Virus record (IMG/VR): IMGVR_UViG_3300010234_000004
Coordinates: 1-64,000 of that record
Strand: one strand, 5' to 3'
Length of the DNA stretch: 64,000 bases
Source: a virus
Shown here: positions 18,622-26,644 of the stretch, piece after piece
How positions within the stretch are numbered: position 1 is the first letter of the stretch
Layout: each line of letters starts with the position of its first letter
Made by a program: the position numbers and the translations under genes
The notes under the pieces: model-generated
What the model saw: only the letters and a program-made list of their open reading frames with translations
Databases searched by the model: none
Told to the model about the DNA's origin: nothing

Positions 18622-19332
18622 CTATACCTCTACAATTTTGACGTCATAAGATTCGGATATCTCTCTCGGATACCCAAGCGGATTTGAGACCATGCGACAA
18701 TCGCCGATCATGAAGTCCCAGCGGCTGTGGACATGTCCAAATACCCACAATTTCTTGTTTGAATCTTTGATCCGTTCATCGAGATCGTTACAAAAATAAG
18801 GATTCAACGAATCACCCACGAATCGTGGAGAAACCGCTTTCATTGTCGGTGACCAATGGGTCACAACAACTTCTTCCTCTGCATCAAAGATTTTCTCGAC
18901 ATGATCGTTGAACCCATCGACATAATTCTCAGGGGTCAGTTCTTTCGTACACCGAAAGTCGTTGACACACATCTGTGCACGTATCTTATAGATTGGATCA
19001 TTATGAAAATTCGTGAAAAGAGGGGATGAGACAATGTTGTCGCCATATTCCACTTCTGGAATATAGAAATCGGAATGATACCAATCGTGATTACCCATGA
19101 CGGCGCGAACGGGTTTATTCGTATCACCTCGGTCCGACCGGTTCGAACCGGTCAAATTATCTCCAGTTTCAATGGACTCAATTAAATTTTCACGAAATTC
19201 TTTAGAAGGATGAATATCACCCGCCATGACGATCAAATCGCATTTAGCATCACGGATTTTCCATACGATATCTGCACACTTAGCAGCATCCCAGAACTCC
19301 ATATGGAGATCGCTTACAATTCCAATTTTCAT
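18622..19332 (-). CDS. Calcineurin-like metallophosphoesterase
   Basis: SDLH, AGDI, GNHD, VTH and GHVH. Confidence 0.9.
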   Translation of the reverse strand: MKIGIVSDLHMEFWDAAKCADIVWKIRDAKCDLIVMAGDIHPSKEFRENLIESIETGDNLTGSNRSDRGDTNKPVRAVMGNHDWYHSDFYIPEVEYGDNIVSSPLFTNFHNDPIYKIRAQMCVNDFRCTKELTPENYVDGFNDHVEKIFDAEEEVVVTHWSPTMKAVSPRFVGDSLNPYFCNDLDERIKDSNKKLWVFGHVHSRWDFMIGDCRMVSNPLGYPREISESYDVKIVEV

Positions 19333-19346
19333 TTTTCAATTACCTC

Positions 19347-19970
19347 TTAGTAGGTCTCCACTACCTCGTCTGCAATCCCATGCTTAACACACTCTTCAGG
19401 CGTCAACCATACGTCCTGCGGCGGCAAAAGATGTTTACGAATGTATTTTTCATTTTTGCCAGTGCATTTTTTATAATGATTGACCATGTTCTGGCTAACC
19501 TGTCCATGACGAACGGTCGCGGCTTCAAGATCAAATTCTTTGCCCATCGATCCGGACGAAAACACGTGTGACATGACGTTCGCGTTATGCGTTACGTACC
19601 GATGCCCGCGTTCGCCCGCCATTAGTAATAGACACCCACATGATGCTGCCATACCCAGTGCATACGTGTATACAGGTATCTTGGACTGTTTAACAACGTC
19701 AATCAGATGCCATGCAGATGCAACGTGACCACCGGGTGAATTGATATACAGGTGAATGATTTCAGGCGCTTTATCATCCTCCATCAGGTTGTATTCCATA
19801 ATCGCACGCACCAGAGACATACACGTATCCTGATTAAAATCTTTATCCATGAAGAGAATGCCATTATCTCTAAGCAATTCACCCGGCTGTTTAGGAGGCA
19901 TTGGCGGCATTGGCGGCATTGGAATTTGGGGCGCTTCTTCAGCGGGCTTTGGTGTTGGTATAATGCTCAT
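19347..19970 (-). CDS. clpP: ClpP protease proteolytic subunit
   Basis: LYINSPGG, GMAAS (Ser), MSH (His), D.WLTPEEC..HGIAD. Confidence 0.9.
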   Translation of the reverse strand: MSIIPTPKPAEEAPQIPMPPMPPMPPKQPGELLRDNGILFMDKDFNQDTCMSLVRAIMEYNLMEDDKAPEIIHLYINSPGGHVASAWHLIDVVKQSKIPVYTYALGMAASCGCLLLMAGERGHRYVTHNANVMSHVFSSGSMGKEFDLEAATVRHGQVSQNMVNHYKKCTGKNEKYIRKHLLPPQDVWLTPEECVKHGIADEVVETY

Positions 19971-20944
19971 GATTTTTCCTTAATCTGTTTCTCGAATTCA
20001 CGCAGTCGTTTATACACCGATGCCATCTCAATAATCTGAGGCCATGCCTTGAATAGGTAAAGCAACGACGATTCCACCTTATTGAACGCACGCACGATCT
20101 GCTGTAACGTGCCTAGTGTAATGGCCCCCGCGACAATAGCGGGTGCTAGGAGTATATAGCCGACCAATACATTGGCCTGCTGGAACCCATAATTTCCGAC
20201 ATTGAAAAAGAAGTAGCGGGTGTAACTGGTGTAATTAATCTTTCGGACGTCATCAAACAACTCGTTTAATGACTTTGGGCGAATGCTGCCATCATCTTCG
20301 GCAATTACAAGAAGCTTGCGATACACGGCTTCTTTCTTCTGGATGTCATATTCTACTCCGACCAACCGCATCAGCCATGCAAGGCCGACTAGAAGAAGCG
20401 TTCCAAACGTCGCCCAAATAATAGCTCCGACGACCAGACCATACTGCCACACGTCAAAGAACATTATACTCAGTCCCTGTGATGTTGTCCACAGGATTGG
20501 ACCAAACGCAATCAAGAGCATTACGCTTTCAAGCATGTTGATGCCCAAAGATTTCATCATATTTGCAAATTTCACAGTGTCTTCTTGGACACGCTGACTC
20601 GCCCCCTCAATGCGACGTGCTGTCGAAAACATCGAATGGTAATATTCGACCATACTCATTCTCCAACGAAACACGAAATGACTCGTCAGATACACCCCGA
20701 AAATTGCAGTGGCGATATATTTACCAGCTATCACCCCAAAGGTGCCAATCTCAGCAAAATATTCGGTTAGCGTCACCGAATCTGGAGTCGCTAAAGCTTT
20801 CTGAATCATATCATAAAATGATCCGAACCACTCATTAATTTCAACATCTAGAGTGACCTGATACCAAAGCAACATGAATATGGATAACGATCCACCCCAC
20901 GACCATATTAACCATTTCTTCGTTGTGAAAAATTTAAACATCAT
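19967..20944 (-). CDS. sbmA: SbmA/BacA-family peptide transporter
   Basis: INEWFGSFYDMIQKAL, HFVFRWR and IEGASQRVQEDT; multiple TMs. Confidence 0.9.
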   Translation of the reverse strand: MMFKFFTTKKWLIWSWGGSLSIFMLLWYQVTLDVEINEWFGSFYDMIQKALATPDSVTLTEYFAEIGTFGVIAGKYIATAIFGVYLTSHFVFRWRMSMVEYYHSMFSTARRIEGASQRVQEDTVKFANMMKSLGINMLESVMLLIAFGPILWTTSQGLSIMFFDVWQYGLVVGAIIWATFGTLLLVGLAWLMRLVGVEYDIQKKEAVYRKLLVIAEDDGSIRPKSLNELFDDVRKINYTSYTRYFFFNVGNYGFQQANVLVGYILLAPAIVAGAITLGTLQQIVRAFNKVESSLLYLFKAWPQIIEMASVYKRLREFEKQIKEKS

Positions 20945-20989
20945 CAGCCTCCTAAAGGTTCTGCTACTTCGCGTTCGAGTTTGTAAAAT

Positions 20990-21766
20990 TTAGTCATGTA
21001 TATCCTTCATCAACTGATCGACGTTTTCACCTCTATTGGGGAGTTTGTCTTTCAGGAAAAAATGCACGAAGTGACATTCTTCGATACGTGTGTTGGCCGT
21101 GTATAGACCATTCCAACGCCAGTCCATGCGAGTAATGATCATCTTCTCTTTACGAATCCACCAGTTCAGAAGAGTTTGATCAGTTGACCATTTCCATGCA
21201 CCCTCACCATCAACGAAGGGTTGGAATTCTGGCCGTGCCAGAAATTGCTGCGGCGACTGACCTTTGAGGTATGGTTTCAGCTTCTTACAATTGATCAACA
21301 TCACTCCCATGTTCATGAACTCGAACCCCCGATCATTCAAATCGAACAATGCGGGGAATGTACGATATTGCATCATCGAATAATTTTTGATCTTATCGAC
21401 ATAGGCCTGATTGATAGGCATATCACGCTCGACTACAGCGCCGAAAGTAGACCCGTCTTCCAAAGCTCCAAAAATGCTAGGAGCATCAGGACGAACGAAA
21501 ACATCAGAATCCAATATACAAATTTGGTCATAATTCTCAATATAGTCAAACGCATTCTCCTTTTCAAAAATCGGCAATGGCAAGTCACGGCTCTGACAAT
21601 CCTTTGATCTATTCGACAACAGTGGATTAGGTCGAATCCGAAGTTTAGGTGTACGCTGAACGATATGATCAGCGCCTATTTTATCAGCATACGCAGCCGC
21701 TGAAGAAATGCATTTCTCATACAATTTCGATTTCGGTCCAATCGCCACCTGATAGATCAAATTCAT
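20990..21766 (-). CDS. GT8-like glycosyltransferase
   Basis: YADKIGAD, LDSD (DxD), NMGVM, DQTLLN, WN and FVHF. Confidence 0.8.
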   Translation of the reverse strand: MNLIYQVAIGPKSKLYEKCISSAAAYADKIGADHIVQRTPKLRIRPNPLLSNRSKDCQSRDLPLPIFEKENAFDYIENYDQICILDSDVFVRPDAPSIFGALEDGSTFGAVVERDMPINQAYVDKIKNYSMMQYRTFPALFDLNDRGFEFMNMGVMLINCKKLKPYLKGQSPQQFLARPEFQPFVDGEGAWKWSTDQTLLNWWIRKEKMIITRMDWRWNGLYTANTRIEECHFVHFFLKDKLPNRGENVDQLMKDIHD

Positions 21767-21960
21767 TTTACCAACTCCAATATTTTATATGCGATTTCTC
21801 CCGCCCGCTTCTGTGTATTCGAACGTGGGTGGGTTCTAATAAACCTTTGAAGATTTGATATAGTACCATCTTTGGCCCACTCAGGAAACCCTTTACGGCT
21901 GGATATCATCTCATATTCCGCTCTCAGATTGATAATCCGGAAAAAGTTCTGGTTGGTCAT
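21763..21960 (-). CDS. Hypothetical protein
   Basis: Fills operon. Confidence 0.65.
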   Translation of the reverse strand: MTNQNFFRIINLRAEYEMISSRKGFPEWAKDGTISNLQRFIRTHPRSNTQKRAGEIAYKILELVK

Positions 21961-21963
21961 GTG

Positions 21964-22587
21964 TTACCCCTCATTCGTTATATAGCGATAAATGTATTGC
22001 CAGTCCGAAAACATCGTCAGATGCCCCTCTGCGCCCGCATTAGCGTTATAATCATGATACATCAGTAAACCCTCCAAACCCACCTCGTTAGCCGCCTTGA
22101 CGTGTTCTGGATGATCATCTATAAAGAAGCATCCGGTATCTCTATACTGAGCCAGAAACGGCATTTTATCACCGTCCGTCGTGAACAGATATTTATCGAA
22201 CGCAGTCTCACCAAACAGTCTACGTGTGTTTTTCATTCGGGCTTGTCTGGCCAACTCGTTATTATCCTCGTCATTCCAATCATCACGAACCATTGACGTG
22301 ATCATATGGAATATATAACCATGTTTTCGGTGCAAGAGATCGATGTAGTATATAGCGTTTTTGTACGGCGGCAGTTTGCCGACACTCGTTGACCAATTAA
22401 ATTGCTGTATATAGCCGTATAAGGCCTCTACAGTGCAATCGTAGGTGCTGTGTAAGGTCATGTCCGGAACTTCGCTAACGCGCTTGTGGCCCTTCTCTGT
22501 AGTCATAAATTGATCGAATGCGTAGTACCAATCCATCAGCACCCCGTCACAATCAACCAAAATCACCTTTTCACGAATAGCTGTCAT
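21964..22587 (-). CDS. HAD-family 5'-nucleotidase-like protein (T4 30.2-like)
   Basis: DCDGVL, ITS, K and IDD motifs. Confidence 0.85.
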   Translation of the reverse strand: MTAIREKVILVDCDGVLMDWYYAFDQFMTTEKGHKRVSEVPDMTLHSTYDCTVEALYGYIQQFNWSTSVGKLPPYKNAIYYIDLLHRKHGYIFHMITSMVRDDWNDEDNNELARQARMKNTRRLFGETAFDKYLFTTDGDKMPFLAQYRDTGCFFIDDHPEHVKAANEVGLEGLLMYHDYNANAGAEGHLTMFSDWQYIYRYITNEG

Positions 22588-23012
22588 TATCTATACTCCT
22601 CGACCAACGATTCTTCCAATTCGATAGCCTCGACTTCCCAAGGCGTCTCATCGTAATCACAATCGTAAGTCTCATTTTTCCACGCCAAGTTACCGTCGAC
22701 CCATGAAAGATCACCTCTCGCGATTTGATTGAGATGAACCATCTCGTGAATTATCGTTTTTATAACTTCATCGCGGGTATCCAAATCAGACGATAGAACA
22801 CATTCAGCATACCCCTCATCCTGAACTAATACAGCCTCGCCATGAAAATTGAGTTCATCCAGAGTCTCGAAGGTTATGGAATACATATCAACCCCATATT
22901 CAATCATATCAAATTCATCATGCAAAGCCGTTACTACTTCGATCAATTGTTTTTCGGTAATGGGATACGATTCTGGAAAATCCTCCACTATCACCTCTAT
23001 CCTTATCGTCAT
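22587..23012 (-). CDS. HEXXH zinc metallopeptidase-like protein
   Basis: IIHEMVHLNQ and PWEVEA; start reassigned to ATG 23012 (AAGGA SD and promoter upstream). Confidence 0.8.
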   Translation of the reverse strand: MTIRIEVIVEDFPESYPITEKQLIEVVTALHDEFDMIEYGVDMYSITFETLDELNFHGEAVLVQDEGYAECVLSSDLDTRDEVIKTIIHEMVHLNQIARGDLSWVDGNLAWKNETYDCDYDETPWEVEAIELEESLVEEYR

Positions 23013-23044
23013 TAGTTGAATCCTTATATCTCTGGTCTGATTTA

Positions 23045-23073
23045 ATTGTACCACACCTGAGATAGGATTGCAA
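23045..23073 (-). promoter_or_regulatory. Sigma70-type promoter
   Basis: TTGCAA-17 nt-TACAAT with extended TG. Confidence 0.65.
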
Positions 23074-23106
23074 CCACAAAAACATATGAATAACTGAAAA
23101 AAAGAC

Positions 23107-23134
23107 TTGACAAATCTGAAAATTGCTGTATAAT
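23107..23134 (+). promoter_or_regulatory. Consensus sigma70 promoter facing antisense into a minus-strand operon
   Basis: TTGACA-16 nt-TATAAT with an upstream A-tract. Confidence 0.65.
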
Positions 23135-23173
23135 AAGGTAACATCTCCGGGAGGTCAGATTCCGGATTCCGAA

Positions 23174-23479
23174 TCAATTCCAATCCTTTTCTGAAACAAT
23201 CTGATTAATTTGATTCCCTATAAGATCATTGATGTAGTCATTATCTGAAACACCCTGTTCGATAACTTCATTGTAATAATCATTGTCACTGTTGGGATCA
23301 CAAACAGACGCATCCAGAGTTTCTTCAATCCATGTGTTCTTGATTGGTTCGACAACTTCATTAATAGCATTCAGACGATTCAATTTAGATTCATATCGAC
23401 GCTTTTGATTAGCTTTGACCTGATTTGCTCGATCATTTGTTTTATCCATCAGGCTTCTGATCGTTTTAATATTTGACAT
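23174..23479 (-). CDS. Hypothetical protein
   Basis: Start at MSNIK, overlapping the arfA-like stop. Confidence 0.7.
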   Translation of the reverse strand: MSNIKTIRSLMDKTNDRANQVKANQKRRYESKLNRLNAINEVVEPIKNTWIEETLDASVCDPNSDNDYYNEVIEQGVSDNDYINDLIGNQINQIVSEKDWN

Positions 23480-23606
23480 GTTTAGACTTTCTTGAATATG
23501 AGCCACGACCTTTTTTAGCCTTAACCACTTGTTTTTGGAATAGGGGTGATTGCAAGGCTACAGCCATCAAAGAGCGTGTAGCTGGTGTTTTGTTTTTCTT
23601 CGACAT
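23466..23606 (-). CDS. arfA: ArfA-like alternative ribosome-rescue factor (46 aa; not in the ORF track)
   Basis: MSKKNKTPATRSLMAVALQSPLFQKQVVKAKKGRGSYSRKSKHVKY matches the ArfA core PLF...KKGKGSY.RK.KH; GAGAGGA SD. Confidence 0.75.
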   Translation of the reverse strand: MSKKNKTPATRSLMAVALQSPLFQKQVVKAKKGRGSYSRKSKHVKY

Positions 23607-23630
23607 GGGGTATCCTCTCTTGTTGATACT

Positions 23631-23659
23631 GTTAAATCATAGAGAGGATACAGTGTCAA
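23631..23659 (-). promoter_or_regulatory. Sigma70-type promoter for the arfA-like gene
   Basis: TTGACA-17 nt-TTTAAC with extended TG; weak -10. Confidence 0.55.
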
Positions 23660-23835
23660 CTGTCATCTTTTGTAATCTTCAACAAATCACTTATGAAACA
23701 CCATTTGATGAATTCGGTATCCAATGTCGGGAGCATCTCTACGATTTTGTCATAGGATTTTTGCGACAGGACTCCACTCCGTCTATTGTTATTCAATCGT
23801 GTCATCATTTGGTTCACTGCTTCTCTGCGTGTCAT
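23656..23835 (-). CDS. Hypothetical protein (59 aa)
   Basis: Manual translation MTRREAVNQMMTRL...; ATGA overlap with upstream gene. Confidence 0.55.
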   Translation of the reverse strand: MTRREAVNQMMTRLNNNRRSGVLSQKSYDKIVEMLPTLDTEFIKWCFISDLLKITKDDS

Positions 23836-24068
23836 GCCATTTCCTTTTCAAAATGCTGTTTCCATACCAAAATTGTTTCGGCCTGTTTGGGGGTTACGTT
23901 CTGCTCTTCAAATGTCTGACCATGATCTTCCGTCATATAGAAGGGCGCTTGAGTAGGTGTTGACAACGATTTTCTGTAAAGAGAGTCCTTTATCATCACT
24001 ACGTATTTACGGGGATAAACCTCTTTGAGTTCTAAGTCACCCCGTTCTGTTACTACTTTCCAAGTCAT
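23832..24068 (-). CDS. Hypothetical early protein
   Basis: GGAG SD; ATGA overlap. Confidence 0.65.
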   Translation of the reverse strand: MTWKVVTERGDLELKEVYPRKYVVMIKDSLYRKSLSTPTQAPFYMTEDHGQTFEEQNVTPKQAETILVWKQHFEKEMA

Positions 24069-24283
24069 TCTCCCACTACCTCCAGACGGACGAGAGAATA
24101 TTCGGTCTCATACATCTCGTCCATCTCATTCTCACTTATGCTGTAAGGAGAATGCTCAATTAGGAAGTTAACTCGACGTTCAACTTCTTCATGGATAAAT
24201 TCTTCCGCTTCCCAATATTCTTCAAAGCGTTCTATATTTGGGTTCGGGTCGAGCGTGTCTGATGCGATCGTGACAGTATACAT
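24065..24283 (-). CDS. Hypothetical acidic early protein
   Basis: Fills operon; GAGG SD. Confidence 0.7.
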   Translation of the reverse strand: MYTVTIASDTLDPNPNIERFEEYWEAEEFIHEEVERRVNFLIEHSPYSISENEMDEMYETEYSLVRLEVVGE

Positions 24284-24287
24284 GATG

Positions 24288-24563
24288 TTACCCTCTCTGT
24301 TTCAGGAGTTGAATACGGGCTTGCTCGATCTCTGCTTCAAAGTGAGCCACTGTTCCCGCCATGTTGGCGAACAAGTTGACATCAGCACGCCGCATTGAAG
24401 AGGCCTGATCGCCATGGGTCTGGTAATTCCGACCATGGGGAAAGGCATTTGATACGGCGTTTCGTAACGCCTTTGCTGCATTTTGACAATCAGCAAGCTG
24501 CTTTGAAAGCGTTTCGTATGTGTCACCGTTATTATTAAGTTGAAATTGCATGGTCATCTCCAT
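24288..24563 (-). CDS. Hypothetical early protein
   Basis: Contains PHGRNYQT; fills operon. Confidence 0.7.
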   Translation of the reverse strand: MEMTMQFQLNNNGDTYETLSKQLADCQNAAKALRNAVSNAFPHGRNYQTHGDQASSMRRADVNLFANMAGTVAHFEAEIEQARIQLLKQRG

Positions 24564-24593
24564 TGAAAGTGTTAGTTATGGGGAAGTTGTACC

Positions 24594-24875
24594 CTATGGT
24601 TTTGGGGGTGTCAACCTTTTTCGGAATTTATATTCCATGTTCCAATTGTATTTGAAGTCTGCAAGCTTCTCGACAAGACGGGGAAGTCTAGCCTTAGCTG
24701 AATCAGACATCCAGTTAGCACCCTCCAGATTGCCTTCAAGAAGATTTTCTTCAACACATTGAAGCTCATACCTGTACCAGCGCATGACTTCTTCTAGATT
24801 CAGAGCATCAAGGTGAAGCTCGTTATAGAAGTCGAACGTGTCGCTGTTAGGCATTGTGTATGTTTTGTTTGCCAT
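24594..24875 (-). CDS. Hypothetical early protein
   Basis: Start MANK at 24875, downstream of a promoter. Confidence 0.7.
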   Translation of the reverse strand: MANKTYTMPNSDTFDFYNELHLDALNLEEVMRWYRYELQCVEENLLEGNLEGANWMSDSAKARLPRLVEKLADFKYNWNMEYKFRKRLTPPKP

Positions 24876-24907
24876 TTTATTCAATCCCTTCGTTGTTCTC
24901 TGACACC

Positions 24908-24943
24908 TTGATAGCATAAGAAAAGGGGGCTGTAAACCCCCTT
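24908..24943 (-). promoter_or_regulatory. Early promoter with an overlapping stem-loop
   Basis: TTTACA-17 nt-TATCAA; AAGGGGG/CCCCCTT hairpin spans the -35. Confidence 0.65.
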
Positions 24944-24953
24944 AATACATTTT

Positions 24954-25205
24954 TTAGAACCCATCTTTATTTTTTATGAACTGGATGAAATCGGCCACCT
25001 CATCCATTTGAACGAAACCTTTGATCACGTCTCCATCCGCGAATTCCATCATTTCCGAATCCTCACCGTCAGGCCATGCGGCTATCTCAACGGAGGTATC
25101 AGTTGAGTGACTACCTATACCCGATTGGATGGATACAGTCCACCCATTCGAGAAGGTCATCCAGACCCCTCCCGTACCGTTTATTTCGAATCCTTTGTTT
25201 GCCAT
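24954..25205 (-). CDS. Hypothetical early protein
   Basis: F.NGWTVS...S.EIA pattern seen in small phage proteins. Confidence 0.75.
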   Translation of the reverse strand: MANKGFEINGTGGVWMTFSNGWTVSIQSGIGSHSTDTSVEIAAWPDGEDSEMMEFADGDVIKGFVQMDEVADFIQFIKNKDGF

Positions 25206-25206
25206 T

Positions 25207-25398
25207 TTATTTAATCCCTTCGTTGTTTTCCGTACATCTTTTCATCGCTTTCTTAATTTCTTTTTGCATGAAATCTAATCGAACATATGTAGCGATCAAT
25301 TCATCACCTTCGCTCGGAACATCACTTGTATATCCGGTCAAGTTATTCTTTTTGACCACGTACAAAATTTCAGGATCGCCCATTTTTCCAGACATCAT
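25207..25398 (-). CDS. Hypothetical early protein
   Basis: GAGGAG SD and promoter upstream. Confidence 0.7.
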   Translation of the reverse strand: MMSGKMGDPEILYVVKKNNLTGYTSDVPSEGDELIATYVRLDFMQKEIKKAMKRCTENNEGIK

Positions 25399-25431
25399 TT
25401 TTCTCCTCTTTCTCTGTTTGTTTCTGACCCT

Positions 25432-25460
25432 GTTATGACACAGAGCCAGAATGAAGTCAA
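25432..25460 (-). promoter_or_regulatory. Early promoter
   Basis: TTGACT-17 nt-CATAAC with extended TG. Confidence 0.55.
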
Positions 25461-25465
25461 CACCC

Positions 25466-25864
25466 TTATGAAGTTTTTACTACTTTGTATATGCTCTTTA
25501 CGCGATGGCGGCGACCAGCAGTCCAATCGCAATTCACTGAACCATGAAACGCTGCAACGTGGCCGCGAAAGTTGACCAAGTAGAAGCCACCCTTCAAGTG
25601 TTTACCGACGTTACCAGCAGTCTTGCCCGCAGTGGACAATTTTACAGGCTTGATTGTGTAGCCCAACGATGCGATTGCGCGGTGGTATTGTTCAGGATAC
25701 ATTCCGCGACCCTTACGACGGCCTTGCGCGGCACAGGCTGCATGAGCCTTCTCATATGATGTGCGGCAAGTGATGGCAACTGCCTTAACAGTGCAGTCAT
25801 TCTTCTCACCGTAACGGGAGGACTTAGCACACAGTTTGGAAAATTTTTCTTTCTGGACTGACAT
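25466..25864 (-). CDS. Basic hypothetical protein with NDC..H..D pattern (possible papain-like fold)
   Basis: NDCTVKAVA, GHVAA and DW. Confidence 0.65.
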   Translation of the reverse strand: MSVQKEKFSKLCAKSSRYGEKNDCTVKAVAITCRTSYEKAHAACAAQGRRKGRGMYPEQYHRAIASLGYTIKPVKLSTAGKTAGNVGKHLKGGFYLVNFRGHVAAFHGSVNCDWTAGRRHRVKSIYKVVKTS

Positions 25865-25894
25865 GTTTTCTCTCTTTCGTTTCGTTCTGACACC

Positions 25895-25964
25895 TTGATA
25901 GCATATGAAAATTATCCTGTCAACAAAAAAGATTACTTGACAATCAAAAAAAATAGTGTATTAT
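25895..25964. promoter_or_regulatory. Back-to-back early promoters at a strand switch
   Basis: Minus: TTGACA(25918-23)-17-TATCAA. Plus: TTGACA(25937-42)-16-TATTAT. Confidence 0.75.
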
Positions 25965-25995
25965 GTAGATATTATTGAAAATTTTGGGAATCGTT

Positions 25996-26367
25996 ATGGG
26001 CCAATTTACTGAAGAGGTAAAACGTGTGTGGAGTGAAATCTATACAGACGCGGAACCGGATGAGTTACCAACGGAGACTGATTATCGTACAGAGATCATG
26101 ACGCTGATGTCAAAACTCAACGGTCGGGATCGAATTATATCAAAACAATTGGATGATATTAGCCTACTGCGTAAAGAGAACGTGGGGTTGATGGATCGAT
26201 TGGTAGAATCCGAAGCGAACCTTCTATCAGTGCGTCAGGAGAAGGGTTTGTATTGGGATGAACAAAAGGCCAATGCGCCTTACAGAGAAAATCCATATTT
26301 GAAATATGCTATATACACTGACGCGTCAGATGAGATTAACGGTAGATTGGATGATGGTGATGAATGA
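25996..26367 (+). CDS. Hypothetical coiled-coil protein
   Basis: ORF directly after the promoter. Confidence 0.65.
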   Translation: MGQFTEEVKRVWSEIYTDAEPDELPTETDYRTEIMTLMSKLNGRDRIISKQLDDISLLRKENVGLMDRLVESEANLLSVRQEKGLYWDEQKANAPYRENPYLKYAIYTDASDEINGRLDDGDE

Positions 26368-26641
26368 GATTATTCTATTTGGGATCGGGATTGGTCTAGT
26401 CGGGGCAGGGTATTACCTCGGCAGACAGGACATCGAGCGCATGAAAAAAGAGCTTCGGGGGTTCGCCTCTCAGCTAGGTCGCGAGATAGACGCTGATGTT
26501 GCTCGAAAAAATGAAGAGATGGTTGATATTGTGTGTCAACGATTTATTGACGATGGGTATATCAAAACCGGAATCGATGAAGACGGCGATGTCACTTTGA
26601 TTAAAATTGTGGATGTTGAAGACGCTGCTCGAAGGGGCTGA
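26360..26641 (+). CDS. Hypothetical membrane-anchored protein
   Basis: N-terminal TM; overlaps upstream stop. Confidence 0.65.
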   Translation: MNEIILFGIGIGLVGAGYYLGRQDIERMKKELRGFASQLGREIDADVARKNEEMVDIVCQRFIDDGYIKTGIDEDGDVTLIKIVDVEDAARRG

Positions 26642-26644
26642 GAT

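Larger units (their letters stand above)
24864..25227 (-). repeat. 34-bp direct repeat covering the RBS and first codons (24864-24897 and 25194-25227)
   Basis: tttgtttgccattttatt(c/t)aatcccttcgttgtt, one mismatch. Confidence 0.85.

Noticed and set aside
23013-23183. N-terminal extension of the HEXXH ORF as given in the ORF track
   Set aside because: The region holds two promoters, and a good SD/ATG lies at 23012.
23473-23919. 148-aa plus-strand ORF
   Set aside because: It is antisense to the arfA-like gene and its neighbours and has no recognisable motif.
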